Origin: Eledone cirrhosa
Lineage: Eukaryota
DNA: 64,000 bases
Direction: 5' to 3'
NCBI GenBank assembly: GCA_964016885.1
Contig: OZ024751.1
Span: 10,726,001-10,790,000 of the forward strand
The position numbers were made by a program, and so were the translations under genes. The notes beneath the pieces were generated by a model that was not told where the DNA came from, did no database searches, and saw nothing but the letters and a program-made list of their open reading frames with translations. This document shows, one piece after another, positions 1 through 13,376 of this stretch; position 1 is the stretch's first letter, and the number at the start of each line of letters is the position of its first letter.

Positions 1-1272
1 TGCTAACTATATGTATTTTGTGGAAAGCCAGTTGTATTATTTTATGAGATATAATTAAAGTTAAAATATATCTCTCTTTCCAAACAATTGTTTCATTATA
101 AGTTTTCTACAAGTTGGGAGAATGTTTCCAGTTTATGTAGAAGCCTAACATTTATTCATGTAAGAATATATTCAGGTGGGCACTTATAAATCTTCAGTGG
201 AAGCCCATTAAACTTTGATATAAGAAAAAATTCTTACCGCAGTTAAAAATCGTGTCTGCTAAGCTGCTCCCTCACGCATCGAATGACCGCCAAATTTGAA
301 ATACCAGCAGTCTTTTGACTGAGGAAGTTTAATAGCGTCACGAAGCGGGAAGGGGAGACAAGCACAATACACGAGAAAAGAAAAAAATAATATACACTCG
401 GGTTAATTAGTTTTTTCAAAAACATTATCAATCCAACGTGTTAAGAACTCAATTGAAATTAAAAAAAATAAATGTATGCGTGTATTAATTACACACGCAT
501 ATAGATATTTTCTTAGGCTAAAAACAGAAGTGATACCAGAATAACGAACCGCATCACATCACCGCAGCAAATACGAAAGGTTACGCTTTAAATGCAATTG
601 GGAATGTAAATCTCTGGTCAAATTAAGAGTAAAATATTTAACACACGCGGGTTAATTAGTTATTTAAAACTATTATCAATTCCACGTGTTAAGAACTCAA
701 TTAATTAAAAAAAATAAATGTATGCATGTAATTATTTACACACGCATATATATATTTTCTTAGGCTAAAAACAGAGAAGTGACAACCAAAAAACCTCCAT
801 ATCTCACAACAGTAACAAATACGGAAAGTCACTTTTATAAGGTAGTTGGAAATAAATACCTCTGGCCAAATCAAGAGTAACATATTTAATACAATAACAG
901 AGATAGCTTAACGCTAAACTCCGACTGGTAACCATCTCACTCAACAAACATTACGTTATATGTTAGTATAACCCAATTTAAGTGTTTGGGGTGCTAACTA
1001 TATGTATTTTGTGGAAAGCCAGTTGTATTATTTTATGAGATATAATTAAAGTTAAAATATATCTCTCTTTCCAAACAATTGTTTCATTATAAGTTTTCTA
1101 CAAGCTGGGAGAATGTTTCCAGTTTATGTAGAAACCTAACATATATTCATGTAAGAATATATTTAGGTGGGCACTTATAAATCTTCAGTGGAAGCCCATT
1201 AAACTTTGATATAAGAAAAAATTCTTACCGCAGTTAAAAATCGTGTCTGCTAAGCTGCTCCCTCACGCATCG
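1..1272. repeat. Direct duplication (1-281 = 992-1272, period 991) enclosing two diverged ~250 bp tandem units (~390-640, ~640-890)
   Basis: tgctaactatatgtattttgtggaaagcc...ctcacgcatcg occurs at 1 and 992. gggttaattag...cgtgttaagaactcaatt...ttcttaggctaaaaacag occurs twice in between. Confidence 0.9.
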
Positions 1273-1945
1273 GATGCTTAGTAAAATCGAATCTTTGGCG
1301 GTGTGCAAGCAAATTCGACCTACTATATGAATGAGTTAGCAAAGCACTCGATAAGGTAGGTCCTTAGATTAATAACATACGTTTAAATAGCTTGACAAAT
1401 TGAACATTGTGGTAGGCAAAATCTAACACACAATACCAAAGTAACGAAAGAACTAACAGGTTGAGAAAAAATAGACCTGGACAAAGCAAATGTTATACGT
1501 TTAAAGTGTTTCTATGAATCCGAAATCAAATATCAGACTTACGTAACTGGCAAGCTCGTGGTATTCATGATCGAACAGAGGATTCAATTCATCAACAGGT
1601 TTTCGTTCTACCAAAGAACGGGGCGAGATGCTAAATGTTGCTGCTCGCAGCAGCGAATCGTATATTTAGTTGTCACGTGTTATTTCCAGAAAGGGAAATA
1701 ACCCCCGGTTTTTGGCGGGTCATTCAAAATGTTAGACAAAGGAAATATAATTTCCGCTAACTTTCAGAATAAGTTCTCGACCAGATGTTATTAAACAAAC
1801 ACAAATAATTAACCAATCAACAGAATTGTCTAATTAAATTAATTAGTTAATTATTATTATGTATATATATATATATATGTATATATACATAAACACATAC
1901 ACATATACTGTATATACACATACACATATATATATATGTATATGT

Positions 1946-1995
<50 letters not shown>

Positions 1996-1996
1996 G

Positions 1997-2041
<45 letters not shown>

Positions 2042-2060
2042 GTATATATATATATATATA

Positions 2061-2148
2061 TGGTGGCTGCCAACTCGTTTTCGAGTACGGCCACTACTTT
2101 ATATCCATGTAGGAAAACCCCTTTTAGTCCAGCCAGCAACTTGAAAAC
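2061..2148 (-). mobile_element. 3' fragment of the RTE-related non-autonomous element (see 9531-10138)
   Basis: Reverse complement matches ...gtactcgaaaacgagttggcagccacca, with an internal deletion. Confidence 0.8.
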
Positions 2149-2208
2149 TCATACATATATATATATATATATACACATATACATACTTACATTCATACAT
2201 TCATACAT

Positions 2209-2256
<48 letters not shown>

Positions 2257-2489
2257 AAATGTTAAATGTTATAGATTTAACACACTTCTACGTATACACA
2301 AACAGCTATATACACTGATGTATATGCATAGAAACACAAAATGATGTTTATATAAATTAAATGTATTTACACCTATTATATATATTTCGTGGAAATATGA
2401 TGATTGTAATTCTGTACAGAAATATTAAATCATGTTTTCTTCTTGTCATATGGTTCTGTACAAGTGTGTGTATGTAGATGACATTTTAA

Positions 2490-3884
2490 GTATACGTGTT
2501 TGTGTGGTTGGTGTGGATGTGTGTATGTGTGTTTGGTGGGCATATCTGTGTGTGGTTGGTGTGGTTGGTGTGGTTGGTGTGGATGTGTGTGTGCGTTTGT
2601 GTTTGGTGGGCATATCTGTGTGTGGTTGGTGTGGATGTGTGTGTGTGTGTGTGTGTTTGTGTGTTTGGTGGGCATATCTGTGTGTGGTTGGTGTGGTTGG
2701 TGTGGATGTGTGTGTGTGTGTGTGTGTTTGTGTGTTTGGTTGGCATATCTGTGTGTGGTTGGTATGGTTGGTGTGGATGTGTGTGTGTGTGTGTGTTTGT
2801 GTGTTTGGTGGGCATATCTGTGTGTGGTTGGTGTGGATGTGTGTGTGTGTTTGTGTGTTTGGTGGGCATATCTGTGTGTGGTTGGTGTGGTTGGTGTGGA
2901 TGGTGTGGATGTGTGTGTGTATGTGTGTGTTTGTGTGTTTGTGTGTTTGGTGGGCATATCTGTGTGTGGTTGGTGTGGATGTGTGTGTGTGTGTTTGTGT
3001 GTTTGGTGGGCATATCTGTTTGTGGTTGGTATGGTTGGTGTGGATGTGTGTGTGTGTATGTGTTTGTGTGTTTGGTGGGCATATCTGTGTGTGGTTGGTG
3101 TGGTTGGTGTGGATGTGTGTGTGTGTGTGTGTTTGTGTGTTTGGTGGGCATATCTGTGTGTGGTTGGTTTGGATGTGTGTGTGTGTGTGTTTGTGTGTTT
3201 GGTGGGCATATCTGTGTGTGGTTGGTGTGGTTGGTGTGGATGTGTGTGTGTGTGTGTGTGTTTGTGTGTTTGGTGGGCATATCTGTGTGTGGTTGGTGTG
3301 GTTGGTGTGGATGTGTGTGTGTGTGTGTGTTTGTGTGTTTGGTGGGCATATCTGTGTGTGGTTGGTGTGGTTGGTGTGGATGTGTGTGTGTGTGTGTGTT
3401 TGTGTGTTTGGTGGGCATATTTGTGTGTGGTTGGTGTGGTTGGTGTGGATGTGTGTGTGTGTTTGTGTGTTTGGTGGGCATATCTGTGTGTGGTTGGTGT
3501 GGTTGGTGTGGTTGGTGTGGATGTGTGTGTGTGTGTGTATGTGTGTTTGGTGGGCATATCTGTGTGTGGTTGGTGTGGTTGGTGGGCATATCTGTGTGTG
3601 GTTGGTGTGGATGTGTGTGTGTGTGTTTGTGTGTTTGGTGGGCATATCTGTGTGTGGTTGGTGTGGTTGGTGTGGATGTGTCTGTGTGTGTGTTTGGTGG
3701 GCATATCTGTGTGTGGTTGGTGGGCATATCTGTGTGTGGTTGGTGTGGATGTGTGTGTGTGTGTGTGTGTGTTTGTGTGTTTGGTGGGCATATCTGTGTG
3801 TGGTTGGTGTGGTTGGTGTGGATGTGTGTGTGTGTGTTTGGTGGGCATATCTGTGTGTGGTTGGTGTGGATGTGTGTGTGTGTG
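2490..3884. repeat. GT-rich minisatellite, ~25 units of ~45-70 bp
   Basis: Recurring core tttggtgggcatatctgtgtgtggttggtgtgga followed by a variable (tg)n. Confidence 0.95.
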
Positions 3885-3946
3885 ATGCCCGAGTCTTGTT
3901 ATTCTGGAGTTTCTCTTGTCTAGTTATTCTCACGACCGATATTACT

Positions 3947-4023
<77 letters not shown>

Positions 4024-4123
4024 CACACATACACACACAAACACACACACATATATATATGTATATTTACGTATGTTTGGTTTTTTTTCTTCTTATATTT
4101 ATGTATCTCTCTTCCCCTTTCAT

Positions 4124-4166
<43 letters not shown>

Positions 4167-4235
4167 CTTTCTCTATGTGGGTGTATATATGCGTACGTGT
4201 GTGTATGCCTTGAGTGTGCATGTATATGTTTATAT

Positions 4236-4448
4236 CAGGCATGTGAAACCGAGGCTCCCCCGAGGGGTACATGGGTCACATATGTGTTGTCTGAGGGCCA
4301 CACACACGACAACTAATTACGCATACTACAACTATTGTTTTTCATTTTATATTACGAAGATAAAACATGCTCGCGCTATAACGATCTTTGTGCGGACCAC
4401 AGGGGTGCTTGTAAAGGGCCGCATGCGGCCACATATTTGTCATGTCTG
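4236..4448. mobile_element. hAT-type MITE (~213 bp)
   Basis: Imperfect TIRs caggcatgtgaaac / atttgtcatgtctg, 8 bp TSD gtttatat/atttatat, and the subterminal palindrome ggccgcatgcggcc. Confidence 0.75.
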
Positions 4449-4589
4449 ATTTATATGGTATGAATTTGAGTATATTTTAAAATGTTTCTCTAAAATATAT
4501 AAAAGATATATTTCCCGAAAATATTGAGGATAGCTAGTGGATATTACACTCTCGATGAATCAACGCTCACTGCATTGATACAGATTGAT

Positions 4590-5180
4590 ATTACATGATA
4601 TTATATAATATTGATATTACACAATATAATATAATTTGATATAATATATAATATGATATAATATAATATAATATAATATAATATAATATAATATAATATA
4701 ATATGATATAATATAATATAATATAATATATAATATGATATAATATAATATAATATGATATAATATAATATAATATGATATAATATAATATCATATACTA
4801 TAATTGTTCTACTTTAGGCACAAGGCCAGCAAATTACCCAGTGCATTACTGGTACTTTATTTTATCGACCCCGTAAGGATGAAAGGCAAAGTCAACATAA
4901 TATAATATAATATAATATAATATGATATAATATGATATGATATAATACAATATAATATAATATAATATAATATAATATTTTATAATATGATATAATATAA
5001 TATAATATCATATAATATAATATAACATTGACATTACATAATATAATATAATGTAATATAATATATGATATGGTATTTTATAATGTAATATATACATTAT
5101 ATAATATAATATTATAATATTTTAAAAAATAATTTAATATGTAATATATGATATAAATATATATAAATACAATATAATAT
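4590..5180. repeat. (ATATA/ATATG)n pentamer microsatellite interrupted by a SINE fragment
   Basis: Direct reading. Confidence 0.9.
4802..4896 (-). mobile_element. SINE family 1, 3' half
   Basis: Reverse complement of gcctttcatccttacggggtcgataaaataaagtaccagtaatgcactgggt. Confidence 0.85.
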
Positions 5181-5329
5181 AATATATAATATAATTATTA
5201 CATAATAAATTTATTACATACTGTGATATATATATTATATATATTATATATATTATACTATATATATTTTATATTATTAAACTATTTCACATTATGTAAT
5301 AAATGTATTATATATATATATATATACAC

Positions 5330-5515
5330 ATAAGAAAATAAAACAAAAGTCGAAGATAGGATCTTAATTAGTTCATTGTATTATGATCATTTCAGAGGGC
5401 TGAAAAATTATGGTAATTCGATATATTTGACTAATAGGTATTGATTATGTCACCATCTATTTTCTATTTCTGATCCCGAAATCCCTGATCCATCTCACTG
5501 TCTTCCTCAGAAAAA

Positions 5516-5516
<1 letters not shown>
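5330..5516 (-). mobile_element. TA-flanked insert with a candidate long-stem-II HHR
   Basis: Minus strand has CTGAGGA (5510-5504), then ~110 nt, then GAAA-TGATCA-TA (5393-5382). Stem I is weak. Confidence 0.4.
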
Positions 5517-5589
<73 letters not shown>

Positions 5590-5592
<3 letters not shown>

Positions 5593-5780
5593 CAAGTAAG
5601 ACCCAGACGGCTGAGCTCAAGCCGTTTCGACGGCTAATTCTGTACAGAATTAGCCGTCGAAACGGCTTGAGCTCAGCCGTCGGGGTCTTACTTGTTCCTA
5701 TTACCCACTCTACTACCCTAAGTATTGAGTACTTTGGTGCGTTATGGTCCACCTGGTTCCTTACCACATTTCCTTCGTTA
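5590..5780 (+). mobile_element. HHR family A fold-back insertion in (TA)n
   Basis: Palindrome centred on ...aattctgt|acagaatt... (~5643), containing the HHR 3' half GAAACGGC-ttgagctca-GCCGTC. The 3' end is ...ttccttcgtta(TA)n. Confidence 0.85.
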
Positions 5781-5798
5781 TATATATATATATATATA

Positions 5799-5964
5799 TC
5801 ACAGAAAAAAAGAGAATCGGTGTTGCGACGAATGGTATTTATTGGACATATTACAATCGTTTCTCTGGCGACCAGCTCGAGGTACGATCGATGTGATGAT
5901 CGAACCTGACTCTGAAAATCACAAGGTCCTCAGATACGTCTTGATTCTACGAAGCAGATTTTCC

Positions 5965-5965
<1 letters not shown>
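5799..5965 (-). mobile_element. HHR family B unit (~166 bp) in (TA)n
   Basis: Minus strand has CTGAGGA ... GAAACGATTGTAATATGTC. It has the same ends as the copies at 22760-23045. Confidence 0.75.
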
Positions 5966-5996
<31 letters not shown>

Positions 5997-6035
5997 GTAA
6001 TGGTGAACCGACTGCAACTGGACATGATAATCTCT

Positions 6036-6133
<98 letters not shown>

Positions 6134-6136
6134 ACA

Positions 6137-6181
<45 letters not shown>

Positions 6182-6235
6182 TATGTAGATAATTAATAAA
6201 TTGCAGTGAGTTGATTTGTCGCGATGAGTAGAAAG

Positions 6236-6270
6236 CCCAACGTTTCGGATATTTTTGCTTCATCAGAGAG
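6236..6270 (-). ncRNA. Degenerate minimal HHR motif
   Basis: CTGATGAA-gcaaaaatatcc-GAAAC-GTT, with stem II decayed. Confidence 0.45.
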
Positions 6271-6530
6271 AAATAATATAGAGATTGATATCAAACAAAA
6301 TCTAAAGATACATTCACATAAAATACATCTTTTTCTTTCATCTCCTTGTCGAATTACCATGAAATACTTTTCAAAGTTATTGATTTTTCGTTATTTCCTC
6401 TGTTTGTAGAGCAGAATTACATTGACAAGAGTTCCAGCGTTAAATACCACCACCACCACCACCACCACCACGACGTCATCGTCGTCGTCTTCTTCTTCCT
6501 CTTGTTTTTCTTTTTCTTTCTTTCTTTCTG

Positions 6531-6562
<32 letters not shown>

Positions 6563-7131
6563 TTTTTTCTTTCTTTTTTTCTTTCTTTTTTTCTTTCTTT
6601 CTTTCTTTCTTTCTTCCCCGACCTGACTCCATTTTTCTTTATAATTTCACAAGAATGTTTTCCACCTTCCATTCCATCTTACATCAAAACTGTTCTTCAG
6701 GGCTGAAAGGAGATGAAGATAGCGGATGATTGGTTAGATATGGTTGGTGGTGGGGTGGATGGTGAAGCTGATTTTGATAACATAGGTGGCTGGGTTAGTA
6801 AAGGTGAGGAGAATTCTTACTACCTGTGGCCTTGTCTACATTGTCAGTGTGAAGGAATCATATCAAAGATTTCCTCCAATTGAGAAATTGGAAAAGAGGA
6901 AGAAATTTTGCGAATCGATACACACGCGTCCAATACAACAACCACAATAAGCCAACTATCTTACTGCCTGCAGATACACAGACGCACTGGTACAGAGACA
7001 CACAGATAGGACGCACACATGTATGTATGTATGTATGTATGTATGTATGTATGTATGTATGTATGTATGTATGTATGTATGTATGTATGTATGTGTGTGT
7101 GTGTGTGTGTGTGTGGGTGTGTGTGTACGTA

Positions 7132-7168
<37 letters not shown>

Positions 7169-7527
7169 TTATGTGTGTATGTATATATGTTTGTGTGTAT
7201 GTAGTATGTATGTATAAATGTATGTGTGTGTGTATAATTGTATATATGTATGTATGTGTGTGTGTATGTATGCATGTCTACGTTAAATGATGTATTCGTT
7301 GTAAATTGAATATCTATTCTCTGTATCTGTAAAGGTAATGTATATATCCTTTATGTATGTTTATATGTAAGTGTGTATATATAATATACACATACATACA
7401 TACATATATATATATGTGTGTGTGTGCGTGTGTGTATTTATATATCGTATACATATATATATATATACATGTGTGTGTGTATATACATATATATTTATAT
7501 ATATATATATATATCTATATATATACA

Positions 7528-7610
<83 letters not shown>

Positions 7611-8039
7611 ACATACTCAGCAGCTTTCAAGTTTTCAGTTATAGATATATTTTCGTACAAGTTTCAGGCAAGTTGCCAACCAATCAGCTTCCACCCCACC
7701 CCGCCTCCGTCTCAGCCAACGACAAGAATCGGATGGCATCTATGACACTTGATTCCTAACTTCTGACATTTCAATCTATCTACAGTAATTCGTACGCCAT
7801 CTTGTTTTTATATCGGCGCCTACATAAAAGACTGCGAACGTGTCTTTTCTTATTTTGTTGCCCCTAAGGTGTTGCCATTCGAAATTTTGACACACATTAG
7901 CTTCGTTTGTCATTTCTTTAGTGTTTCTACCACAAAAGCCATCTCACAGAATTGCCAAAATCAAGTGCTGAACAGACCAAACGAACGACTTTTCCAAGAA
8001 TTTCCAAGCTAAAATGGAGTAATGTTGAAAATGTATTAA

Positions 8040-8585
8040 CGTTGATGATGTTGTTGATGTTGTTGTTGTGTTGTTGTTGTTTTTGCTGCTGATGTTGTTG
8101 TTGTTGTTGGAGATTGTGATGGTTGTAGTGGTTGTGGTGAGGCTGGTAGAGTTTGTGGTGGGGATGGTGGGGATGGCAGTAGTGTGTGGAGGAGGGGCGG
8201 GGGTGGGGGTGCTAGAGAAAGGTAGTGGTGGTGGTAGTAGAGGAGGTTTAGTGGTGATAGCGGTAGTGGTGGTGGGGGCGGCGGCGTCGTCGTTGTTGTT
8301 GGTGTTGTTGGTGGTAGCGGTTGTGGTGTTGATGACTGTGATGGTGGCGGCGTTGTTATTCGTACTGGTGACGGCGTTGATGGTGAGGGTGGTGGTAGTG
8401 GTGGTGGTGGCGGTGGTGTGATGGTGGTGACGGTGTTGATGGTGGTGGTGGTGGTGGTGGGGCCGCTGTTATTGGTGGTGATGGTGGTGATGGTGGTAGC
8501 GGTGATGGTGGTAGTTGTGGTGGTGGTGGTGGTGATGGTGGTTGTGGTGATGGTGGGGCCGCTGTTATTGGTGGTGGTGGTGGTA
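8040..8585. repeat. (GGT/GTT)n trinucleotide low-complexity tract
   Basis: Direct reading. Confidence 0.9.
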
Positions 8586-8757
8586 GAGACTGGTGTTCTT
8601 CCTTCATATTCTTTCCTTCTTTCTTTGATTTGATTTATTCAGTCGAGTTTTCTTTCACTTTTCTACTTTTCATCTTCAACCTTTCCACCTCACCTAGATT
8701 TCATACATGTATGTATATATGTATGTATGTATATATATATATTTATGTATGTATGTG

Positions 8758-8789
<32 letters not shown>

Positions 8790-8870
8790 TGTATGTATGT
8801 ATGTATGTATGTATGTATGTGTATGTTTATGTATGTATGAATGTATATATGTATATATATATACATTCAT

Positions 8871-9093
8871 GCACAGGCATTGCTTTATATCTGGAGACCT
8901 CTCTGCACTTGTCGTCACATGGTACCATGGGCCCAGCATATGTGTCAATAATTGTCACAAGTGTAGTGTTTGTACCAGAGTTTTCAAGTCGCTGGCTGGA
9001 CTAAAAAGCCACACTCGTTCAGCGCATCGGTAGGGGTTCTCCTACATGGATATAGAGTAGTGGCCGTACTTAAAAACGAGTTGGCAGCCACCA
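8871..9093 (+). mobile_element. RTE-related non-autonomous element, 5'-truncated copy
   Basis: Matches 9916-10138 and is flanked by (TATG)n. Confidence 0.8.
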
Positions 9094-9257
9094 TATATGT
9101 ATATATGTACGTATGTATGTACGTATGTACGTATGTACGTATGTATATATGTACGTATGTATGTACGTACGTATGTATGTATGTATGTATGTTTGTATAT
9201 ATGTATATATGCATGTGTGTGTATATGTTTGTATATATGTATATATGCATGTGTGTG

Positions 9258-9289
<32 letters not shown>

Positions 9290-9530
9290 TGTATGTATGT
9301 ATGTATGTATGTATGCGTATATGAATGTATGTGTTTATATGTATGTATGTGTATATGCATGTATGTGTATATGTATGTATGTATATGTATGTATATATGC
9401 ATGTATGTGTATATGTATGTATGTATAGATGTATGATTGTATATATGTATGTATGTGTGTGTGTGTGTATATGTATGTATCTATATGTATGTATGTATGT
9501 ATGTATGTATATATGCATGTATGTGTGTAT

Positions 9531-10138
9531 GTCAGGTCACCAGTTGGTGCTACTGGTAACATGTATCCAAGTACAACCTGTCTCATAGCGAGGTCGTTGG
9601 CGACTAAACTGGCAACCCCACCAAGGTTTCTTGGTGAGGAGGGTGACTTTGGACATCCTGCAGGACTAAAAACAAAACCTGTCAAAGGGCAAAGGAGCTC
9701 TTAAGAGTCAATGGCCATCCAAAATCACCGGGAGAGATGACTCCTTAGCCTTTGTCAAGGCAGAATTCTAGGAGAAGGAAAACTCAGGTATAACACCTGC
9801 AACCCTGAGGTATCCAATGATGTTGACTTGTTATTCTTTTTGGTAAATATCATCTTGGTTAAGAGAGTGGGACTGGATTTGTGCAGTGCCTTTGCTCACT
9901 CTAAAAGCTTCACGGCACAGGCATTGCTTTATATCTGGAGATCTCTCTGCACTTGTCGTTACATGATACCATGGGCCCAGCACTATGTGTCAATAATTGT
10001 CACAAGTGTAGTGTTTGTACCAGAGTTTTCAAGTCGCTGGCTGGACTAAAAAGTCACACTCGTTCAGCGCATCGGTGGGGGTTCTCCTACATAGATATAA
10101 AGTGGTGGCCGTACTCGAAAACGAGTTGGCAGCCACCA
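9531..10138 (+). mobile_element. ~610 bp RTE-related non-autonomous element (longest copy)
   Basis: The 3' part encodes the C2H2 remnant [23 protein letters not shown], like RTE ORF C-termini. The 5' part has ggagaaggaaaactc, reminiscent of RTE 5' UTRs. No RT. It lies in (TATG)n. Confidence 0.65.
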
Positions 10139-10205
10139 TGTATATATATATAAATGTGTATGTATGTATGTATGTATGTATGTATGTATGTATGTATGTA
10201 TGTAT

Positions 10206-10617
10206 CCGGGAGAGATGAACCCTTAGCCTTTGTCAAGGCAGAATTCTAGGAGAAGAAAAACTCTGATATAACACCTGCAACCCTGATGGTATCCAATGAT
10301 GTTGACTTGTTCTTCTTTTTGGTAAATATCATCTTGGTTAAGAGAGTGGGACTGGCTTTGTGCAGTGCCTTTGATCACTATAAAAACTTCACGGCACAGG
10401 CATTGCTTTATATCTGGAGATCTCTCTGCACTTGTCATCACATGGTGCCATGGGCCCAGCACTATGTGTCAATAATTGTCACAGGTGTAGTGTTTGTACC
10501 AGAGTTTTCAAGTCGCTGGCTGGACTAAAAAGTCACACTCGTTCAGCGCATCGGTAGGGGTTCTCCTACATGGATATAAAGTAGTGGCCTTACTCGAAAA
10601 CGAGTTGGCAGCCACCA
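10206..10617 (+). mobile_element. RTE-related non-autonomous element, 5'-truncated copy
   Basis: Matches 9728-10138. Confidence 0.8.
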
Positions 10618-10663
10618 TGTGTGTATGTATATGTATATGCATGTATGTGTATATGTATGTATC

Positions 10664-10695
<32 letters not shown>

Positions 10696-10804
10696 TGTAT
10701 GTATGTATGTATGTATGTATGTATGTATGTATGTATATATGCATGTATGTGTGTATGTATGTATATATATGTATATATATATATATAATGTATATATATA
10801 TATA

Positions 10805-10893
<89 letters not shown>

Positions 10894-10896
<3 letters not shown>

Positions 10897-11983
10897 CGAA
10901 GGAAATGTGGTAAGGAACCAGGTGGACCATAACGCACCAAAGTACTCAATACTTAGGGTAGTAGAGTGAGTAATAGGAACGAGTAGGACCCCGACGGCTG
11001 AGCTCAAGCCGTTTCGACGGCTAATTCTGGACTAAATGAACATTTTTATCCTGGTATTTGAATAGCCGAGCTTCTCAGGGGGTAATTCCATATATGGTAA
11101 AAGTGATTGTCACAAGGATTGGTCAAAAAGGGGGGGGGGGGGATACTGAATTAATTTTCCGTATCAAATTTTACATATACTTCGTACGAGCATTTATGTA
11201 GTTTGCACTAGAATTTTTGTATCGTAGCGGCACCCTTAGAGATAGTATTAGTATTCTTTTTCGGGATTCTGAATTATTATTTCGTATGAGTCTATTTTTT
11301 TTGCACTGGGTGGTTGCTGGCCTTGTGCCTGGGGTAGAAACCTTTATTTCGTACTGGTCTCGGGACTCTGATTTATTATTTCGTGGTAGTTTCTTTAGTA
11401 TTTTGGCCCCCCCACTTGTTGACCCGTCACCTTAAGATATATTCGGTTGTTTACTTATACCTCTTAAAAGGGTCTCATTATAATTCCGTCCCACCTAGTA
11501 AACCTTTCTTTAGTCTAGCAGTACCAGTGAGAGACTTGATAGCTGTCCTTAGGTTATAGTAACCAGAAATTGTTTTTTTTTCTTTTTTCTTTACACTTAA
11601 TTGTTTTTTAACACTCCCGGTATTTTTCTATATATTTACCCCTTATTGTTTTACTTATTGTTTTGACTCCCCCCCTAGTATCTTCTTTGACCTCCTGCCC
11701 AGCCGTAGTTGGCACTATCAACGCACGACTAGGTTTCTTCCACCCCTCTCCCTATTTCCTCTACTGGCAGGTTCAACTACCCCTTCCCTCCACAAATTGC
11801 CATGATAGAATTATTATGTCTCAACAACAAACTTTTGACCAATCCTTGTGACAATCACTTTTACCATATATGGAATTACTCCCTGAGAAGCTCGGCTATT
11901 CAAATACCAGGATAAAAATTTTCATTTAGTCCAGAATTAGCCGTCGAAACGGCTTGAGCTCAGCCGTCTGGGTCCTACTCGTT

Positions 11984-11988
<5 letters not shown>
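10894..11988. mobile_element. HHR family A, longest copy: inverted arms 10973-11128 / 11833-11988, each with a full HHR fold
   Basis: Minus arm reads ACCCC CTGAGAAG [stem II cggcta..ttc / gaattagccg] GAAACGGC ttgagctca GCCGTC GGGGT. Both ends are flanked by (TA)n. Confidence 0.85.
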
Positions 11989-12050
<62 letters not shown>

Positions 12051-12092
12051 ATATATATATTATATATATATAATATATATATATTATATATA

Positions 12093-12143
<51 letters not shown>

Positions 12144-12151
12144 ATATTATA

Positions 12152-12201
<50 letters not shown>

Positions 12202-12245
12202 TATATATATAATAGAAGTGGTTACACAACAGTTAGTTCATCATA

Positions 12246-12285
12246 CCGAGAACAATTGTTTCACCTTAGCGGATCTTTAGCTCGT
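12246..12285 (-). ncRNA. Family C HHR (G5->A core mutation)
   Basis: CGAG CTAAAGA tccgctaaggt GAAA CAATTG TT CTCG, with stem I cgag/ctcg. Confidence 0.65.
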
Positions 12286-12598
12286 TATGGACATGGTTAT
12301 ACGGAACTGGAAGGACAACCGTACAAACGCGCATGCGCAGAGACCGGTCACTTCACACAGGCAATACTAAAATGCGTGCGAGAGGTGTAAGGGAGATAAC
12401 TGCGAAAGTCCGAAAAGTTTTTAGTTGATAATAAAATTATGATGTTGTAATGATTCAATCCGGAGCTTTGTAGTTATGCAAGAGGTGTTTCGAGACGTGT
12501 GGACAACGTGTGAAGAATTCATTTCTCGCGTTTAGGCAATTTCTATTGCATAATCTCTTTAGAATATTTATTCGTTCATCAATACATAGTCCACATCC

Positions 12599-12875
12599 TA
12601 TGTGGGCATGGCGGAGGGCCGATTTAAGGAACGTTTCCTGAACCACCAGTCGACCTTTTGTACCCGGACAGACGTTCTTCCACGAAACTCGCGAGCCACG
12701 TATGGTCCCTCAAGGACTCAGGTATAGACTACTCCATTCAATGGAAAGCCGTCACTAAGTCCAAGTCATACGCAAGGGGAAATCCGTCGTGTGGACTATG
12801 TATTGATGAACGAATAAATATTCTAAAGAGATTATGCAATAGTGATTGCCTAAACACGAGAAATGAATTCTTCAA
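12599..12875 (+). pseudogene. GIY-YIG endonuclease fragment (frameshift ~12658)
   Basis: YVG motif, R..H, CxxC-xxE and LNxRxE motifs. Confidence 0.8.
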
Positions 12876-13216
12876 TGCACATCATCATATATTTATAAAG
12901 TATAATTGTCAAAAGAAGTAAGAAGATACTATGTATAACTTGGATAAACAAAATTTTAAATCAAAACATTGTTTATAACTTGAATCGAGCGCTTCCGTCT
13001 TTCACAGAGATATCAACGAGATACAGGGTTCACTTCCTCCACGGTGCATCTGTCTAATGTTTCCCAGCTGTTGGGCTACTTTACTCGGTCCTTCAAATAT
13101 TATTCATAGTGATCGACTATACAAGACTACCGCAATATACGAAATTGTATTTCCAGTGGGTGGTGGCTGAAGAAGGGGGCTAATGCTTCTACTCGTTTGT
13201 CATTTATATACACACA

Positions 13217-13248
<32 letters not shown>

Positions 13249-13319
13249 AACATATATACATGCACAAGCGCGCACCCACACACACACATACACACACACA
13301 CATATTTATATGTACATAA

Positions 13320-13374
<55 letters not shown>

Positions 13375-13376
<2 letters not shown>

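Larger units (their letters stand above)
12213..12875. mobile_element. Penelope-like element 3' fragment with inversion (family C)
   Basis: Plus strand 12599-12875 encodes YVGMAEGRFKERFLNH...KLASHVWSLKD..Y.IQW...CGLCIDE...LNTRNEFF. Minus strand 12594-12213 repeats the C-terminus (...RCPH...*) followed by a 3' UTR with an HHR. Confidence 0.85.

Noticed and set aside
2490-3884. CRISPR-like repeat-spacer array
   Set aside because: Spacers are (TG)n rather than unique, the context is eukaryotic, and there are no cas genes.
2430-4213. Long ORFs in all six frames
   Set aside because: Product of a stop-free GT minisatellite.
5590-5780. Fold-backs interpreted as MITEs or pre-miRNAs
   Set aside because: The arms are asymmetric with one fixed 3' end and variable turn points, and they contain HHR halves. 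This fits retro-insertion rather than TIR elements.
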